Shown: piece by piece, positions 29,333 through 37,838 of the stretch
Layout: the number at the start of each line of letters is the position of its first letter
How positions within the stretch are numbered: the first letter of the stretch is position 1
From: Butyrivibrio sp.
GTDB taxonomy: Bacteria > Bacillota > Clostridia > Lachnospirales > Lachnospiraceae
Reading direction: 5' to 3'
Length of the DNA stretch: 64,000 nucleotides
Assembly: GCA_051880035.1 (NCBI GenBank)
Contig: JBJENE010000014.1
Span: 1 to 64,000, forward strand
Translations under genes and position numbers: made by a program
Notes under the pieces: model-generated
What the model was told of the DNA's origin: nothing
Database searches by the model: none
The model's input: only the letters and a program-made list of their open reading frames with translations

Positions 29333-29959
29333 TTATTTGCAAAATATAGGTTTCATGGCATCCAACAATGCACCTGCTTCCATACCAAGAACCCGCTCCG
29401 TATGATAAACAAATCCCTCAATCTTTCTTTGCTCTTCTTCCTCAATGTACTGCTTCGTACTATCAAAGGTTATGTACGAATATGTCATAATCATATCAAC
29501 CGCTTCTGCCGGATAATCCGTATGCATAATTCCCTGCTTAATTCCATCCTCAACAATCTTTGTAATCAAAATATTTACTCTTCCAAGCAGACGTTCTTCC
29601 AGTTTCTGATGCAACAGTGCATTTTGCGGTTTATGCACCTGTTCCATAATCATATCTCCCAATTCGTTATCCACATTTAAGGATAAGATTGTTCGCGTAA
29701 GCCTTTCCAATACAGGAACCGAATCATCTAATGCAATAACCGCTGCCTTAGAAACAATCTGATTGGTAACCCGCTCAATCATTCCATCCAGAATATCCTC
29801 TTTGGACTTGAAGTGATAATATAATGTTCCCCTGGCAATACCAATTTCGTTCAAAATATCATTCGTGCTGGTCCTATCGAATCCTTTTGTACAAAACAAT
29901 CTTTCAGCAACGTCTAATATTTCATTTCTACGTTCTTCTGCATCTTTAATTACTCTCAT
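29333..29959 (-). CDS. TetR-family transcriptional regulator
   Basis: MRVIKDAEERRNEILDVAERLFCTKGFDRTSTNDILNEIGIARGTLYYHF HTH; GGAGG RBS. Confidence 0.8.
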   Translation of the reverse strand: MRVIKDAEERRNEILDVAERLFCTKGFDRTSTNDILNEIGIARGTLYYHFKSKEDILDGMIERVTNQIVSKAAVIALDDSVPVLERLTRTILSLNVDNELGDMIMEQVHKPQNALLHQKLEERLLGRVNILITKIVEDGIKQGIMHTDYPAEAVDMIMTYSYITFDSTKQYIEEEEQRKIEGFVYHTERVLGMEAGALLDAMKPIFCK

Positions 29960-30145
29960 AGATTCGCCTCCAACCGACAACCTGTCTATACACAATATAT
30001 CATGTGAGTAAAAATAATACAAGACGAAATAATTTCTATAATTGCAAAAATAATACATAATAACCACAAATTAGTGTTGATAATCGTGGTCTTGAGTCAA
30101 TATAACGCACCGTAATTCCCTTTTCCGGTGGAAGGCATACTTGGG

Positions 30146-30164
30146 GATGACATTTAGATAACAT
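30146..30164. repeat. direct repeat A (GATGACATTTAGATAACAT) at the 3' boundary of the HEPN/MNT cassette
   Basis: 17/19 identical to 31187..31205; overlaps the HEPN stop codon. Confidence 0.6.
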
Positions 30165-30555
30165 CTTGCACTGTCAGATATCCTTTAATGGCATTTGAAA
30201 ATTCTTCCGCTCTGACAATCTGCTTTTGTGCTTCTTCACATGAAGCAATGTAAAAGTCTAAATAATCGGCTTTCTCTCGGTTAATAGAAGCCTGAGTGAT
30301 TATCTTGGAAAGATTCTTCGAGAAAATTCCTTCTTTCACATAATTCTGATTAAAAAAAGCGATTACGCCACTGTGCTTACTGCTGTCATATCCTTGCAGA
30401 GCATTAACAGCCCTGATTGCATGAAAAATTGAATAATATGCTCTATTCAATGCATTTTTATATCTGCCGTTTTCAAACATCAACTTAGCATCTTCCAGAT
30501 TTTCAAGGCTTGTTTCAAAGCGGTATTTTGATAGTTCTTTTATGCGCTCTTCCAT
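30154..30555 (-). CDS. HEPN-domain protein (toxin component of HEPN/MNT module)
   Basis: Rx4-6H HEPN motif RAYYSIFHA; 133 aa; 16-nt overlap with the upstream MNT gene. Confidence 0.7.
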   Translation of the reverse strand: MEERIKELSKYRFETSLENLEDAKLMFENGRYKNALNRAYYSIFHAIRAVNALQGYDSSKHSGVIAFFNQNYVKEGIFSKNLSKIITQASINREKADYLDFYIASCEEAQKQIVRAEEFSNAIKGYLTVQDVI

Positions 30556-31091
30556 ATAACAATTCCCTCTTTTTCAACTTTTTTGTAAAAAGGCAAAGTT
30601 GTTTTCCATTCCTTAAATTCACGCTTCTCAATTGATATAACAGATATAGTAACACCTAAATCCAACTGATAATCAACCACAATATCTGTCATCCTGTCAT
30701 ATTGTTCTTCTGTCTGAGCATCCGTTAAAACTAATGCCATATCAACATCTGATTCATCTGTCTCCTGCCCTCTGGCATACGATCCATACAGTATTACTTC
30801 TTCAATATATCTGCCATAGACTTCACCAAACGCATCACACATTTTACATAATTTCTTGAGCATTTCAGGATGCTTACTATTAAACCTTACACGTTGTCTC
30901 CAGTTTCGGTATCCGCCACTTCTAATTCTTCTGTCCTTAGGATATTCAGTTCCCTTTGGTATAAGCCATTGATTACCAATTTTTTCACCTTCTAAGGTAC
31001 CCCTCATCAACATTCGTCTGATATTTCCCGGATCTTTTCCGTAGATTTCTGCGTATTGTGACACTGTATAATACTCATTCATATCTTTCAT
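30540..31091 (-). CDS. minimal nucleotidyltransferase (MNT) with N-terminal HTH, antitoxin component
   Basis: LYGSYARGQETDESDVDMALVL (GS...DxD) pol-beta NTase motif; N-terminal HTH-like segment; overlaps the HEPN gene. Confidence 0.7.
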   Translation of the reverse strand: MKDMNEYYTVSQYAEIYGKDPGNIRRMLMRGTLEGEKIGNQWLIPKGTEYPKDRRIRSGGYRNWRQRVRFNSKHPEMLKKLCKMCDAFGEVYGRYIEEVILYGSYARGQETDESDVDMALVLTDAQTEEQYDRMTDIVVDYQLDLGVTISVISIEKREFKEWKTTLPFYKKVEKEGIVIWKSA

Positions 31092-31186
31092 CTCCCTTTC
31101 AATTAAACATTAACACTATATCGTGTAAATGTCAAACATGTTTCCGGATGAAACCGATTAGATTTTATGTCCATCGCAACCTTATG

Positions 31187-31205
31187 GAGAACATTTAGAT
31201 AACAT
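31187..31205. repeat. direct repeat B (GAGAACATTTAGATAACAT) upstream of the HEPN/MNT cassette promoter
   Basis: Pairs with 30146..30164; both are also preceded by a TTTCCGG(T/A)TG(G/A)AA motif (30121 and 31141). Confidence 0.6.
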
Positions 31206-31372
31206 AAACCCTACGGGAACCGTCCCATGCACTATAATTTTCTATTGCTGTAACCACCATCTTTCATACCGCAATCCGACAAAGAATATTATTTCATGTT
31301 ATTTTACTTTTTCTACCTTTCTTTAAATAAACCTCTTACATTATCTCATCAGATGGTTCTACAGGCAAACAT

Positions 31373-31397
31373 AAAGGACGGTATGTACCGTCCTTTA
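31373..31397 (-). terminator. terminator after the lipoprotein gene
   Basis: AAAGGACGGTACATACCGTCCTTT hairpin followed by a T-rich tract on the minus strand. Confidence 0.45.
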
Positions 31398-31475
31398 CAA
31401 TTCATGCTTTGCCGCAGCAATATGAAAATTCTAATAATTATATGCAACAGTTTTGCATTGATTTGACCTTGAATA

Positions 31476-32420
31476 TTAGTGGGTGTTCTTTCCTGAGCCG
31501 TTACAACGATAGCACATAGCCCAAAGTGTACCACCACATCTTGGGCAAGGAAGACCGCCTAATCTGCCTTCACCGTTACAATCTTCGCATACCTGATATC
31601 CGGCGCCATCTCCGCAACGAACACATGGGGTCTTTCCTTCACCATGGCAAGCCCAGCATTTTCCATCGTCCTGATTTGCATCTAAGCCGGAGCCTCCACA
31701 ACTGTCACAGGTACTGAAGCCTTCACCGTTGCAAAGTGTACAGGTTGTTTTTCCCTCGCCGGTACACTTATCACATACGGTCCACTCATTGCCATCCAAG
31801 TAGGTGGTTCCGTTACATCCGTCACATACTATGACACCGCTTCCATAACAAAGGTCGCAGGTATCATCAACAACTTCACCTTCCATTATATCTGCAACAA
31901 TAGGTGCATTCGGGAAATCTTCTTCGATTAATGCCTGCTGTACGCCATCCTTTACTTCCAGAGCCTCATCTAAAAGCTCCTGGCCTGTATGCTCAGCATC
32001 CATGATGGTAAGGTTAACCGGCTTTTCATCCTGCATATAGCCTGCATCCGTAGCTGCCTTTACCATTTCTTTTGCAACTTCTTCAAGTTCCTTGCCCTCA
32101 ACCTCAAGATTTCCATAGGCAGTCTCGGCATCGTCATTGTTACATACAATCTCAATAACCTTACCATCCTCATCTGTCAGGATATCAGCATCAGGGTTGA
32201 TGGAAACTTTGATTCTCGTCGTATAATTCTTATCTGCAGTATTGTCCGGTGCTGCTGATTCTGTTTCGCTCTGCGTTTCCTGTTCATTCGTGTCTTGTTC
32301 CTGCGTCTGCTGTGCAGGGGTTGTTGCATCCCCGTTATTTGCAGTTTTTTTCTCTGCACACGCAGTGAGAGAAGCAATCAGCATCAAGGCAACCAATAAG
32401 ATTGATAATCTGGATTTCAT
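31476..32420 (-). CDS. lipoprotein with acidic linker and about ten DnaJ-type CxxCxGxG zinc-finger repeats
   Basis: Lipobox LTAC after the signal peptide; C-terminal CDLCYGSG, CDGCNG, CDKCTGEG, CTLCNGEG, CDSCGGSG, CWACHGEG, CVRCGDG, CEDCNGEG, CPRCGG, CYRCNGSG. Confidence 0.6.
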   Translation of the reverse strand: MKSRLSILLVALMLIASLTACAEKKTANNGDATTPAQQTQEQDTNEQETQSETESAAPDNTADKNYTTRIKVSINPDADILTDEDGKVIEIVCNNDDAETAYGNLEVEGKELEEVAKEMVKAATDAGYMQDEKPVNLTIMDAEHTGQELLDEALEVKDGVQQALIEEDFPNAPIVADIMEGEVVDDTCDLCYGSGVIVCDGCNGTTYLDGNEWTVCDKCTGEGKTTCTLCNGEGFSTCDSCGGSGLDANQDDGKCWACHGEGKTPCVRCGDGAGYQVCEDCNGEGRLGGLPCPRCGGTLWAMCYRCNGSGKNTH

Positions 32421-32534
32421 AAAATTTCTCCTTACACTTTTGTAATGTTTTTATAAAATTCTACATCTTTTTCACGTTTTCTTGTAGGGTAGTTTTAGGA
32501 TAGGTACGGCCATTCATACAGAAAAAAGCTATTA

Positions 32535-34244
32535 TTATTGAATTTTTATCCTGTTTGCCTTGTATTGAACTGACATATTTATTCCCAAAAAAATCCACAT
32601 ATAAGGTGATACTGTAACCATACTGTCATTAAGCATACTGAATATGCAAAATGCAATTACCGAAACAAATGTTGCATGCAATATCCAATTATCATTTTTC
32701 TTATACTTAAATCTATTTATAATGCATTGCGCCAATATATAAATTACAATTCCACAAAGTGCCAGAGTTCCAAGTATACCAATATCCATGCAGTATTGCA
32801 GAATAATATTATGTGGACGGTTGACAATTACTTTATGTGTTCCATGTATCTTCATAAGACCGACATAATCATACTGGTCATAATTATATATATAATTTCC
32901 CGGTCCTTTTCCAATCAATATTACCTCTTTTAGCTTTGGCAATGTACGAATCCAAATATATCCCCTTCCCGTAAATGCACTATCATATTTGTTATATGTA
33001 TATTCTTCGCTTATACTGTCAATAGGGACAGCATCAACTCCAACGCCTTTAAACTCTCTATTAATAATATAAAAATCAAGAGTATCTTTATATCCAAGTT
33101 CAATCTTCACATACACAGTGCCTGCATTTTCAATAACTGAAAATTCTATTTTCACATTCTTATATGCTTCATCATTAAATACAAACCATCCATCCTCATT
33201 GTTGGCATCCATTATATTATCATCAGAATCATAAAACGCAATATTCTCATTACATACAATCGAAAATTTGCTCTCATTTCCATATATGGTAAGTTTATTT
33301 CCTTCCATATCTATTTTCTTTAATTCATATATGTCATTTACATTTTCTTCAAATGAATCGCCATTTGATGCACTAACATCAATTAATGCTCCAAGTTTTC
33401 CACCGGAAATACCATTTACAACCAATAGAATTACAGACATGGCGACAGCTAATACTATAAGCTCCTTTATTTTGCACTTTATTGTTTTGATTTCACAAAT
33501 CATCATTGCAATAATGATGGCTATTTGCAGATAAAACACAAGTGTTGATTTAGAAACAAGAATGCAAAAAACAATACCTATATTAATCAATATACCTGCA
33601 ATACAACTAATTCTATTCTTTGCATGCAGCCAATACTCAAAAGCAAACGGAAGCAACATACAGCAAAAACAGCCATAATAATTAGAATTATCAAATGTAA
33701 GTTTAACTCTGTTTACACTTTCAAGTTTTTCCCGGTTTCCTATCCACAAGGTGGCAATCGGTATATCAAAAAATTCAATTATTGACATAACTATAATAAC
33801 TGTCATTAAAATAACAACTGTCTTTTTTAATATATCTAAGATTTTATTCATATAGAAATAATTGTATGAAATGAAAAACAACACCAAATAACTTAAAAGT
33901 ACAGCTAAGCTTTCAAACTCTGTATTATAATTTTGAAATTCATTTCCATAATCTGCCGAAAGAACTTGTGACAGAACCGCACATATTACAAATATTGCCG
34001 CCATAATCCATAAAGCTTTGTTCTTATCCCTTAATGGATTGTTTTTAATAATATTATCGGGAAAGATGTTTTCGCCTATAAACCAAGACAGACAGAATAC
34101 TGCCATCAGCATCACCATTTTTTCCTTAATATGTATATCAGGAATTAATGGGTAAATAAGTATAAATATACATATACTGTATGGCACTACATATTTGTAT
34201 TTGGGCATTTCGTCTGATAATTTTACTTTTTTATGTTTTTTCAT
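32535..34244 (-). CDS. O-antigen ligase/polymerase-like (Wzy_C-type) membrane protein with about 200-aa inserted extracytoplasmic domain
   Basis: N-terminal TM block, large soluble insert, then RGYIW...GKGPGNY...PHNIILQYCMDIGILG, resembling the ligase GxGxGxF / HN..L....G motifs; very AT-rich gene. Confidence 0.5.
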   Translation of the reverse strand: MKKHKKVKLSDEMPKYKYVVPYSICIFILIYPLIPDIHIKEKMVMLMAVFCLSWFIGENIFPDNIIKNNPLRDKNKALWIMAAIFVICAVLSQVLSADYGNEFQNYNTEFESLAVLLSYLVLFFISYNYFYMNKILDILKKTVVILMTVIIVMSIIEFFDIPIATLWIGNREKLESVNRVKLTFDNSNYYGCFCCMLLPFAFEYWLHAKNRISCIAGILINIGIVFCILVSKSTLVFYLQIAIIIAMMICEIKTIKCKIKELIVLAVAMSVILLVVNGISGGKLGALIDVSASNGDSFEENVNDIYELKKIDMEGNKLTIYGNESKFSIVCNENIAFYDSDDNIMDANNEDGWFVFNDEAYKNVKIEFSVIENAGTVYVKIELGYKDTLDFYIINREFKGVGVDAVPIDSISEEYTYNKYDSAFTGRGYIWIRTLPKLKEVILIGKGPGNYIYNYDQYDYVGLMKIHGTHKVIVNRPHNIILQYCMDIGILGTLALCGIVIYILAQCIINRFKYKKNDNWILHATFVSVIAFCIFSMLNDSMVTVSPYMWIFLGINMSVQYKANRIKIQ

Positions 34245-34288
34245 GCTTATTCAATCTCTTTTGTCATTTTTAATTATTATTATATAAA

Positions 34289-34320
34289 AAGCAGATGATA
34301 AAATCAACATTTTACCATCT
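34289..34320 (-). terminator. terminator after the 701-aa surface protein gene
   Basis: Minus strand GCAGATGGTAAAATGTTGATTTTATCATCTGC followed by TTTTT. Confidence 0.5.
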
Positions 34321-34356
34321 GCCTAATATGAATTAATAAGTATCTTTACCCACTGA

Positions 34357-36462
34357 TTATTCAGTTACTTTTTTCTTAGTTGCAACGACTGCAAATGCAC
34401 CAATCATTGTAAACATTGCAATGATACAAATAGCAATATTTGAATTGTAACCGGCTGCAGGGTCATCGTCTGACGGTTTATTGTCTGCCGGTTTATTATC
34501 TGCAGTAAACAGACTATCGCTGATTATGATTGCATACTCTGATGCATGTGTAAACTTAAATCCTGCTGTACCATCTTCAGCTATCTTTACACCTTCAATA
34601 AACTCCAAAGCACCTGTTTCCGGATTATAATAAAAGAGATTTGCATATTTACCGCTATTTTCTGTTCCAAGATTCAGCTTAAACTCTGCTTTAAATCCAA
34701 AATCACCTGTATGTTCAATTGAAAGTTCAACTACTGTTCCTTCAAGTTTAACTTTTTCAATTGCTGTCTGCGGAATAACACCTTCTACCATATCTACAGT
34801 TAAATCAATAACTTCAGGTATTGTTCCCGTAATGTCACTTCCCTTAATTGTCCAGCTTGCCCCACCTTCTGATTTAATAACAAGAGTCACATTCTTTTCT
34901 TTTACTGCCACAAGAACGTCTTTTGTAATAACTATATTTTCAACGCCGGCATCAATTTCAACCGTTCCGTTCTCTTCAGCTGTTTCGATTTGTGAACATA
35001 TCCGCTCACTTAATGTTGATTCTTTTATTGTTGATTTTCTTATTGCTCCGTACAAGCGTCCATCGTCTGTATATGCATATGTAATAAAAACCCCTGTTTC
35101 TTCTATATAATCACAAATTATTTTTTCTGTACTTAAAATTACTTTTCCTTCAGAATCACGTACTACTGACCCTTCTTCATTATTAAAAATTAACCAATCA
35201 TCACCTATATATACATTATCTGTGTCAAGCAATTCTGCTTTATCAAGTGAATAGTCATCATCCTTATTTAATGCATAATAACACTTTACTCTGTCCTCTC
35301 CCCCGTTAGTCCAGTAGCTAAGATATATATATACCCTATTTGCATCTGCTGCAAATGGATATACCCATAAACCGTCTCCTTCACCCAATTCTAACAAAGT
35401 ATTAAAATATTCACGCAGTTGGGCGTACGTATAAATTGCATTTCCATCTTTAGAATAAATTCCGCCTTCACCATCTTCATATACAAAATCTATATCATCA
35501 TTTCCGTCTGACATATTCGATTCTTCTACAATAGGTGTACACTCTTCTTCTGAAACTTCTTCCAAAGTATCATATGATAGTAAATACTTATCGTTTTCGT
35601 ATCCTCCATGATACACTACTTCTACCTCAAAAGCTTCCTCATAATCAGGATTTATATTAATATAATATCCTGAGTTTTCAACATTTATGTTTTTTTCTTT
35701 CTTATTAAGATCAGAATCTATACAGATAATGGTATTGCCTTTTATGAGCAATAAATAATCACCTAAGATATCAACCTCATAATCAAAAAGACCTCCAAGT
35801 ATAATTTTATCTTTCTCATTAAATTCATGGTCAAACAGAATCAAATCACTTGTAAAATCCATATGTCCACGTTTAATACAATAATTTCCGCCAAATTCTG
35901 CACAAATTCCCCAAAAATATTCTATATTTTCTATAACATCTTCTTTAACAATTTTTTCTTCCTTGTCGATAACATTATATTTGGTGCCATCATTTACAAG
36001 ATAATAATTATTATCAAATTGATCTACATATGTATATCTGTTATCGCCATCACCTATCCATGTAAGATCTTCTGACATAATCGCTTCTGAACCATCTTCA
36101 CGAAGACATTCCATGTACTTGATAAAATCGTCACCTGAGACATTATAATAACCGGTATATCTAACATACTTTACAGTTCCGTCAGAATTTTTATTACTGA
36201 TTTCCGTAATATTACCTTTGCTGTCAATGATTGAAATACTGTCTTCTGCTGTGAGTCTTTCATCTCCCCTTTCTGTAGCCATGACAACAGAACCATTACT
36301 AAACTTATAATAATACTTATACTCATTCTCCAAAAGTACCTCAACATTGTCTTCCGGTTCATCAGCAGCATATATAACAGGACTTGAAATAAAACTTCCT
36401 GCTGCAATAATTAGTGCAACTGCAGCTGCCAATGCTTTTTTAATACTTCTACGCATCTTCAT
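34357..36462 (-). CDS. large secreted protein with C-terminal TM anchor (cell-surface protein, unknown function)
   Basis: Signal peptide ...AAVALIIAAGSFISSPVIYAADE; C-terminal IAICIIAMFTMIGAFAVVATKKK; no enzymatic motifs seen. Confidence 0.5.
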   Translation of the reverse strand: MKMRRSIKKALAAAVALIIAAGSFISSPVIYAADEPEDNVEVLLENEYKYYYKFSNGSVVMATERGDERLTAEDSISIIDSKGNITEISNKNSDGTVKYVRYTGYYNVSGDDFIKYMECLREDGSEAIMSEDLTWIGDGDNRYTYVDQFDNNYYLVNDGTKYNVIDKEEKIVKEDVIENIEYFWGICAEFGGNYCIKRGHMDFTSDLILFDHEFNEKDKIILGGLFDYEVDILGDYLLLIKGNTIICIDSDLNKKEKNINVENSGYYININPDYEEAFEVEVVYHGGYENDKYLLSYDTLEEVSEEECTPIVEESNMSDGNDDIDFVYEDGEGGIYSKDGNAIYTYAQLREYFNTLLELGEGDGLWVYPFAADANRVYIYLSYWTNGGEDRVKCYYALNKDDDYSLDKAELLDTDNVYIGDDWLIFNNEEGSVVRDSEGKVILSTEKIICDYIEETGVFITYAYTDDGRLYGAIRKSTIKESTLSERICSQIETAEENGTVEIDAGVENIVITKDVLVAVKEKNVTLVIKSEGGASWTIKGSDITGTIPEVIDLTVDMVEGVIPQTAIEKVKLEGTVVELSIEHTGDFGFKAEFKLNLGTENSGKYANLFYYNPETGALEFIEGVKIAEDGTAGFKFTHASEYAIIISDSLFTADNKPADNKPSDDDPAAGYNSNIAICIIAMFTMIGAFAVVATKKKVTE

Positions 36463-36636
36463 TCCTTCTTTCTTTTGAAATTTATAAAAAAATTAATTTT
36501 TTTAGCTTCAAAATTATTTAGTATACAGAACCATTATAACATGATATATTTCATTTTTCAAATTATTATTATGAGAATTTCAAGTCAGCATACAAAAAAC
36601 ATCTAATTCATATTAATAGCATATTATCTATTTTAA

Positions 36637-37440
36637 TCACCCCTCCACAATCCTCTCAACAATTTTCTTCACACAATTTATATCCAATGGCATACTGTAA
36701 GTTTCATATGTTACAAACAACTTATCTCCCTGTAAAATACCGTTGGTTGAATACAGATTCATTTTCTTCACAAAATCGACCGAGTATTTCGGCTCATCCA
36801 TACGCCCTGCGTGTTCATAATAATAGATTCGACCGGTGTGCTTATTAATTATCGTAAAATCAGGATGCACAATAATATTACATCCGTCCTTTGTTTTCAA
36901 TTCCAACGGTCTCTCATACTTATATTCAATATCATCCTTATATTGATACAGAACATTTGCAATTATCAGTTCCGACTTGGATCTGACCTTCTCCCCCTGA
37001 TTTGTTTCATAAATCAGATTCTCTTTAAATCCAGTATACGGTTCATATTCCTCTCTGTCCCACGCCTCTAATTTTTCTTTTACACCAATAGCGACAGGTT
37101 CTACCAGTGCTTTTCGTTCATCCGGCAGATTTCTAAAGATTTCCTCAACAGCTTCTTCATTATATTTTTGTACAAACTCCTGAAGCAAAGCTATCTGGCT
37201 TTTCAGCACTGCGGCTACGGTTATCAGATATCCCTTCTCCGCCAATTCAATTGCAAGACTCATCTGATTTTTCTTAATATATGTTGTGCTCCACTGTTGC
37301 GTCGTCGGCTCCTTTTCCTGCCGATAGTAGTATAATCTTCCTTTCTTTCTCTGATACTTCAATATACCTTCTGAGGCATCTGCAATGAATTTCTCGGTCT
37401 TTTCCAATATCAGCGTTTTCTCCTCTATCTGCTTTCTCAT
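36637..37440 (-). CDS. hypothetical protein with putative C-terminal PD-(D/E)xK nuclease-like (Vsr/DUF559-type) domain
   Basis: C-terminal ...IIVHPDFTIINKHTGRIYYYEHAG resembles the aDFy...lvIEvDG core of Vsr/DUF559. The start is uncertain: the ATG at 37440 is 20 nt from a perfect AAAGGAGG, and a TTG at 37473 is in frame. Confidence 0.35.
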   Translation of the reverse strand: MRKQIEEKTLILEKTEKFIADASEGILKYQRKKGRLYYYRQEKEPTTQQWSTTYIKKNQMSLAIELAEKGYLITVAAVLKSQIALLQEFVQKYNEEAVEEIFRNLPDERKALVEPVAIGVKEKLEAWDREEYEPYTGFKENLIYETNQGEKVRSKSELIIANVLYQYKDDIEYKYERPLELKTKDGCNIIVHPDFTIINKHTGRIYYYEHAGRMDEPKYSVDFVKKMNLYSTNGILQGDKLFVTYETYSMPLDINCVKKIVERIVEG

Positions 37441-37791
37441 TTCTTCTATCGTGACACATTCCTCCTTTAACAATAGTTCTACTAAACAGGTATCGACTAC
37501 GCATTTTTAGCAGAAAATATGACCTCTGATTAAGGCATTTTCTACATAAACGCAGACTCCGACCTAATTTAGCAGAGATTTTTCTCATTTTATTTGATAA
37601 ATTTGGGGATTTGAAGATTTTTTTCTACCTCGGCACGTGGTTTTCGGCATTTTTAGAAGAATTACCGGTCGAAATCGGGTCTTTTTTCTGTCCATTGACT
37701 TGATATAGCCATGTTTTAGTAGAAATCAAGTTTCCCATCAGGACTTTGCTCCATAAAAGGATAGAAATTAGATATGAATGAATCATTAATG

Positions 37792-37829
37792 ATATCAGCC
37801 CCACGGGAACCGCGGGGCTGACATATAGA
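37792..37829. repeat. conserved hairpin element, copy 2 (TATCAGCCCCACG-GGAAC-CGCGGGGCTGACATATAGAA)
   Basis: Pairs with 22742..22780; lies 9 nt 3' of the ppdK stop on the minus strand. Confidence 0.6.
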
Positions 37830-37838
37830 ATAATTTAA

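Noticed and set aside
31131-31140. Palindrome AAACATGTTT in the HEPN/MNT promoter
   Set aside because: Plausibly an antitoxin operator, but a 10-bp AT-rich palindrome is expected by chance in AT-rich DNA; not reported as a feature.
37274-37588. 104-aa minus-strand ORF whose internal ATG directly follows a perfect AAAGGAGG
   Set aside because: SD-to-ATG spacing is 1 nt (non-functional). The ORF overlaps the start of the 278-aa gene and runs through intergenic DNA; more likely the SD belongs to the 278-aa gene.
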